Source: Chrysemys picta bellii (lineage: Eukaryota). From it: a stretch of 64,000 nucleotides of DNA. The stretch covers positions 282,906,001 to 282,970,000 of the forward strand of contig NC_088792.1 in assembly GCF_011386835.1 (NCBI RefSeq). The letters run 5' to 3'. Shown here piece by piece: positions 60,251-64,000 of the stretch. The notes below the pieces were generated by a model. It saw only the letters and a program-made list of their open reading frames with translations, did no database searches and was not told the DNA's origin. Position 1 is the first letter of the stretch, and each line of letters starts with the position of its first letter. A program made the position numbers and the translations under genes.

Positions 60251-62415
60251 AGTATCCAGAGGACACAGAGTTCTGAAGCCTTCGAAGCCCATCTGTCCAG
60301 CAGAAAGGGACGCTTGTTTCCTTTTAAAGGTACTCAGCATAATTCAATGGAATTCACCCTGCAGGCCAAGTAGAATTCACCCATGCAGAGTTCATTGCTA
60401 AACAGGGCCTTGGTGTTTAGGCTTTCTGCCCAGACTGCTGAATATCAATGAAAAGAGTAAACAAGGGGTTAACTCCGGCTCGCTTTGCGTCTCCCCTTGA
60501 ATAGGTGCTCAGGTTTGGGGCTAAAAGAATGGCGGCTGAGATGCATCAGAGGGAGCCTGCCTGTGGGAAAGAGGCAGGATTCCATACCCAAGTTTTGTGC
60601 AGATCACAAGCTGGGGAGTAGAACTGGTTGGAAAATTGTGAATGAAACATTTTTCCCATGAGGCACTGTGGCAGCTCAGCCACAGGGAGGGACCGCATTG
60701 CATCATGGGAGAGGTAGTCTAGTTGAGGACCAGGGCTGTTGCGGGGAAATGGGAGCACAAGGGACCCAGAACTACAATTTCCAGGGATCTCAGGTGGACA
60801 CTGGGATTAACATTAACCCGACCTGACACATTTCAGCATTTCCAAATCCAACATTTTTTGTTCAGTGAAAAGTTTTGTTATTTAGATTTTTTTTTCTCTC
60901 CCAATTTGGAACAAAAACAGGTCTCACAATCTTGGAACTCCCCACAGGACAGAAATTCAGCTCAGGGAGGCCTCGAAGCGGGGGAAGAGATTTGTTTGCC
61001 CTAGTTATGCTAACTTGTTTGGTGTCTTCCAGTGATTGGAGTACAAAGTCTTCTTCTTTCTATTTTACTTATTCATCAAATGTTTTTATACTTGCAGCTG
61101 AGAGGCACCATAGAAAACTTCCCCTTCTAAAACCCCAGCAGACTCCAACGATAATAACAGCAACAATAAAGAATCCGCCTCAGCTGGGAAACAAAACCCA
61201 GTCCGCTTGTTCTTGGCTTGTAATGATCATGCAAATACAAGCTGATAAAAGAGGGTAAGGCGGGCTTAGGTTTGCAACCTCTAAACGCATTATAAATATT
61301 GTATGGCGCCGTTCTTCACTGGAAAACCTTGGCTGATTAAATTAACTGGTTTGCTGTCCCTGCTTCAGTTGATGCCCCTGGGACATATTAAATATAGAAA
61401 GCTCTCTCCTAGGTTTCTGCACTGTTGCTGGTTTGAAGGAGGATTTATTGGTACGGGAAGAGAAGCAAGACCACTCAGGGCCCTGCTGGTTTGTATTTTC
61501 TGTCTTCTGAAACTGTGGGTATTATTTTTCCCCTCTGCCCTTTTCCTCCAGCAAAGTGGGGAAAAAAATAAATCAGCAAACCAACCACCAGCCTTCCTTT
61601 TCCTTATTTACCAAGCTGTCCCAGAGAAGGGTCAACCCCAAGCAAGCTTAATGATGGGTAAAAAAATGCATTTCTTTCTGTTGAGAAACTCTTGGGCTTT
61701 TTTCCCCCCTTTTCCTTGGGAATGGCTTTTACTTTTTAAATCGGTATCAAAACGAGTGGAGATGAGAGGCAGCAGGAAGATAACCCCCGCCTCCAGTTAC
61801 AGAGGGTATTTACATACAGGGCTAATGGAAGAGGCAGTTTCTGTTTCACATGCTTGGTATAGGGGACCACGGTAGCACCTGCAAGGAGGGCTTGATTCTG
61901 CGTTGCAAATGGCCAGGAACTGAAAAGGGAGTATTGGCCGAGGAAGGGGTCTGCTGGGGTGACTGTGGAAAAGCATTCTGAGACAGACTCTCTGCTGCTC
62001 TAGTGGGGTGCGGGGGCTGTCAGGGAGCTGGTTATTATTCCCGGATTCTCAGCCCTGGTGCTGCTCTAATTTGTGCTACCTGCCAACAGTCCCTAAAGGG
62101 CCATCCGCCACCTGGAGATGGCTGCCCCCTTTCCCTGACACCAGCCCACCCCTTTCCACTCTTGACACATGCCTCATGCTGGCTTTATACTTGCTAGGGT
62201 CCCCCCATGCTGGGTATCTGCAGCAAGGGACCTGAGGCCTGTGGGACCTTCCTGTGGGACTCTCAGGTGGCAGGAAAGGAGCGGGTCAGGGCAGAAATCC
62301 ATCCCTCTCTACACAAGCATTTAGGTCTATAATTAAACTAAGAAACTACATGAATAGCAATTGCGATGGGCACTGAAGGGTCAAGGGCAGTTGGCACATT
62401 CAATTGGGGCGTACC

Positions 62416-62907
62416 CGGGGCCGGCTCCAGGCACCAGCCGACCAAGCACATGCTTGGGTGGCACTTTGTAAGGGGCGGACAATCTTAGGGTGGCGGGGGG
62501 CGCTCGGGTTTTTTGTTGTTGTTGTTTTGGTTTCGGCCAGGAGGCGCTTGGGGGTGGGTTGTTTGTGTTTCGGCGGCATGGCGTGGCACTCGGGGGGGGG
62601 AGTGTTTCGGCGGCGCTCGGGGGGGGGGGTTGGTTCAGCGGGGCAGCGCTCAAGGTTTTGTTGTTGTTATTGTTTTGGTTTCGGCCGGGCAGCGCTCGGG
62701 GGACTGGGTTGTTTGTGTTTCGGCGGCGTGGCGTGGCGCTTGGGGGGGGGTGTTTCGGCGGCGTGGCGCTCGTTTTTTGTTTTTTTTCCCAGCGGCGCGG
62801 CACTCGGGGGGGGGGTGTGTTTCAGCGGGGTGCTCGGGGGGGATGTTACGGCCGGGCAGCGCTCATTTTTTTTGCTTGGGGCAGCAAAAAAGTTAGAGCC
62901 GGCCCTG
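62416..62907. mobile_element. hAT MITE with internal tandem repeats (29047 family, opposite orientation)
   Basis: TIR cggggccggctc / gagccggccctg, TSD ggcgtacc / ggcgtgcc, and repeated gtttcggcggc..ctcggggggg units. Confidence 0.9.
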
Positions 62908-63169
62908 GGCGTGCCAGGCTCAATGAAGGATCAGACCCAGCTGGGGAAGCTAATATAAAGGGAAGGGACGGTCTTGGGCTCTCTCTTGAGATGGGATCTC
63001 TGACAACTACCCAAGATAGCTACTGAGATGCCACTGGAGAGAGGGAGGGAGCCCCTTTGCTGAGCCTTGATAAAAGGGTGGGAACTGGGTTTCCAGGGGG
63101 AAAGCCCTGGGAAGTGTGACTTGTCACCAGAGCTGGAAAGGACTCTGTGGAGCGTGGTGAGGGGCTGGG

Positions 63170-63720
63170 TATAGGCGCGGGAACTAGGGGTGCAGGGGGT
63201 GCTGCACCACCCCCAGGTTTTATGTTGGGGCCTGGCCACTGGCCCCGTGCCTGGGAACCCATGCCCAGAACCCTGCTCCTAGCCCCATGCCTGGGGCTCT
63301 GCTCCTGGCCCTGTGCCAGCCCCCAGCTGTGGCCCCGCCCCCAGTCTTGGCTTCCTTACCCCTGTCTGGGTCTGCCCCCAACTCCCAGAGACCCGGCCCT
63401 GCTCCCGGCCTCAACTCTGGGGGATCAGAGGAAGGTATGGCAGGAGTAAGGTGGGGGAGGGATAGCTCAGTGGTTTGATCATTGGTCTCCTAAACACAGG
63501 GTTGTGAGCTCAATCCTTGAGGGGACCACTTAGGGATCTAGGGCAAAATCAGTACTTGATCCTGGTGGTAAAGGCAGGGGGCTGGACTCAACTCAATGAC
63601 TTTTCAAGGTCCCTTCCAGTTCTAGGAGATAGGATATCTCCATTTATTTATTTATAATGAGGTAAAAAGTAAAAAACTGCTTTCAGCACCTCCACTATTA
63701 AAAGTGTTCCAGCGCCACTG
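63170..63720. mobile_element. hAT MITE containing a SINE
   Basis: TIR tataggcgcgggaac / gttccagcgccactg and perfect 8-bp TSD gggctggg (63162-63169 / 63721-63728). Confidence 0.9.
63453..63655 (+). mobile_element. Tortoise Pol III SINE (ggagat..atctcc subtype)
   Basis: gggagggatagctcagtggtttg..gagctcaatcc..gttctaggagataggatatctccatttatttattta. Confidence 0.95.
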
Positions 63721-64000
63721 GGGCTGGGAAAAGGGGCCTAGAGACAGGTCAAGGTAGGAAGAAGTCCAGGGGTCTGAGGGAGCAGAGCTTGGCTGCTCAC
63801 TACAGGTTCCTGGACTAAAACCCAGATTAGAGGGGAAGTCTGGGTTCCCCTACCAACTTCTGAGGAAGGTGGTATGAAACCCCCTGGTACAAGAGGTAAG
63901 AACTAATGGAAACTCTGAGATACGGGGAGCAAGGCTTGCTGGGCCAGAGTCAGGACTCAAATCATTGAACTCCGTGTGCTGGTACCTAGGACAGAGTGGG

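Larger units (their letters stand above)
62361..64000 (+). mobile_element. LTR-like element hosting two hAT MITEs and a SINE (runs off the window end)
   Basis: tgcgatggg start, caattgg and aatataaaggg, with a purine-rich body similar to the other LTRs once the nested insertions are removed. Confidence 0.5.

Noticed and set aside
62381-63026. 127-184-aa ORFs, and a tandem array that could be mistaken for a CRISPR-like repeat
   Set aside because: These are the internal tandem repeats of a hAT MITE, with no unique spacers and no cas genes, in eukaryotic DNA.

Overview
Repeat-dominated vertebrate non-coding DNA, almost certainly from a turtle, judged by tortoise-type tRNA-Lys/CR1-tail SINEs, PsCR1-like CR1 LINEs and turtle-style Penelope and MITE families. 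I recognise no host protein-coding gene; the long ORFs in the track are TE fragments or GC-rich MITE/LTR artefacts. The window holds many CR1 fragments, two RTE pieces, a decayed Vingi/Ingi-like LINE (52.0-54.6 kb) and a near-complete Chapaev3 (CMC/CACTA) DNA transposon with TTA TSDs (35162-37706). It also holds three Penelope-like inverted-repeat insertions with 12-bp TSDs and hammerhead-ribozyme motifs, two TSD-flanked solo LTRs of one family, and hAT, Harbinger and Tc1/mariner MITEs with TSDs. There are MIR/L2-tail SINEs, a CpG-decayed tRNA-Ser gene and a tRNA-Ala 3' half. The most unusual signal is a ~200-bp TGTAA...TTACA element, in three copies, carrying a tRNA-like A/B-box segment and a CTCF-like motif. 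Family names come from recalled motifs, not database searches. Boundaries without TSD support are approximate.
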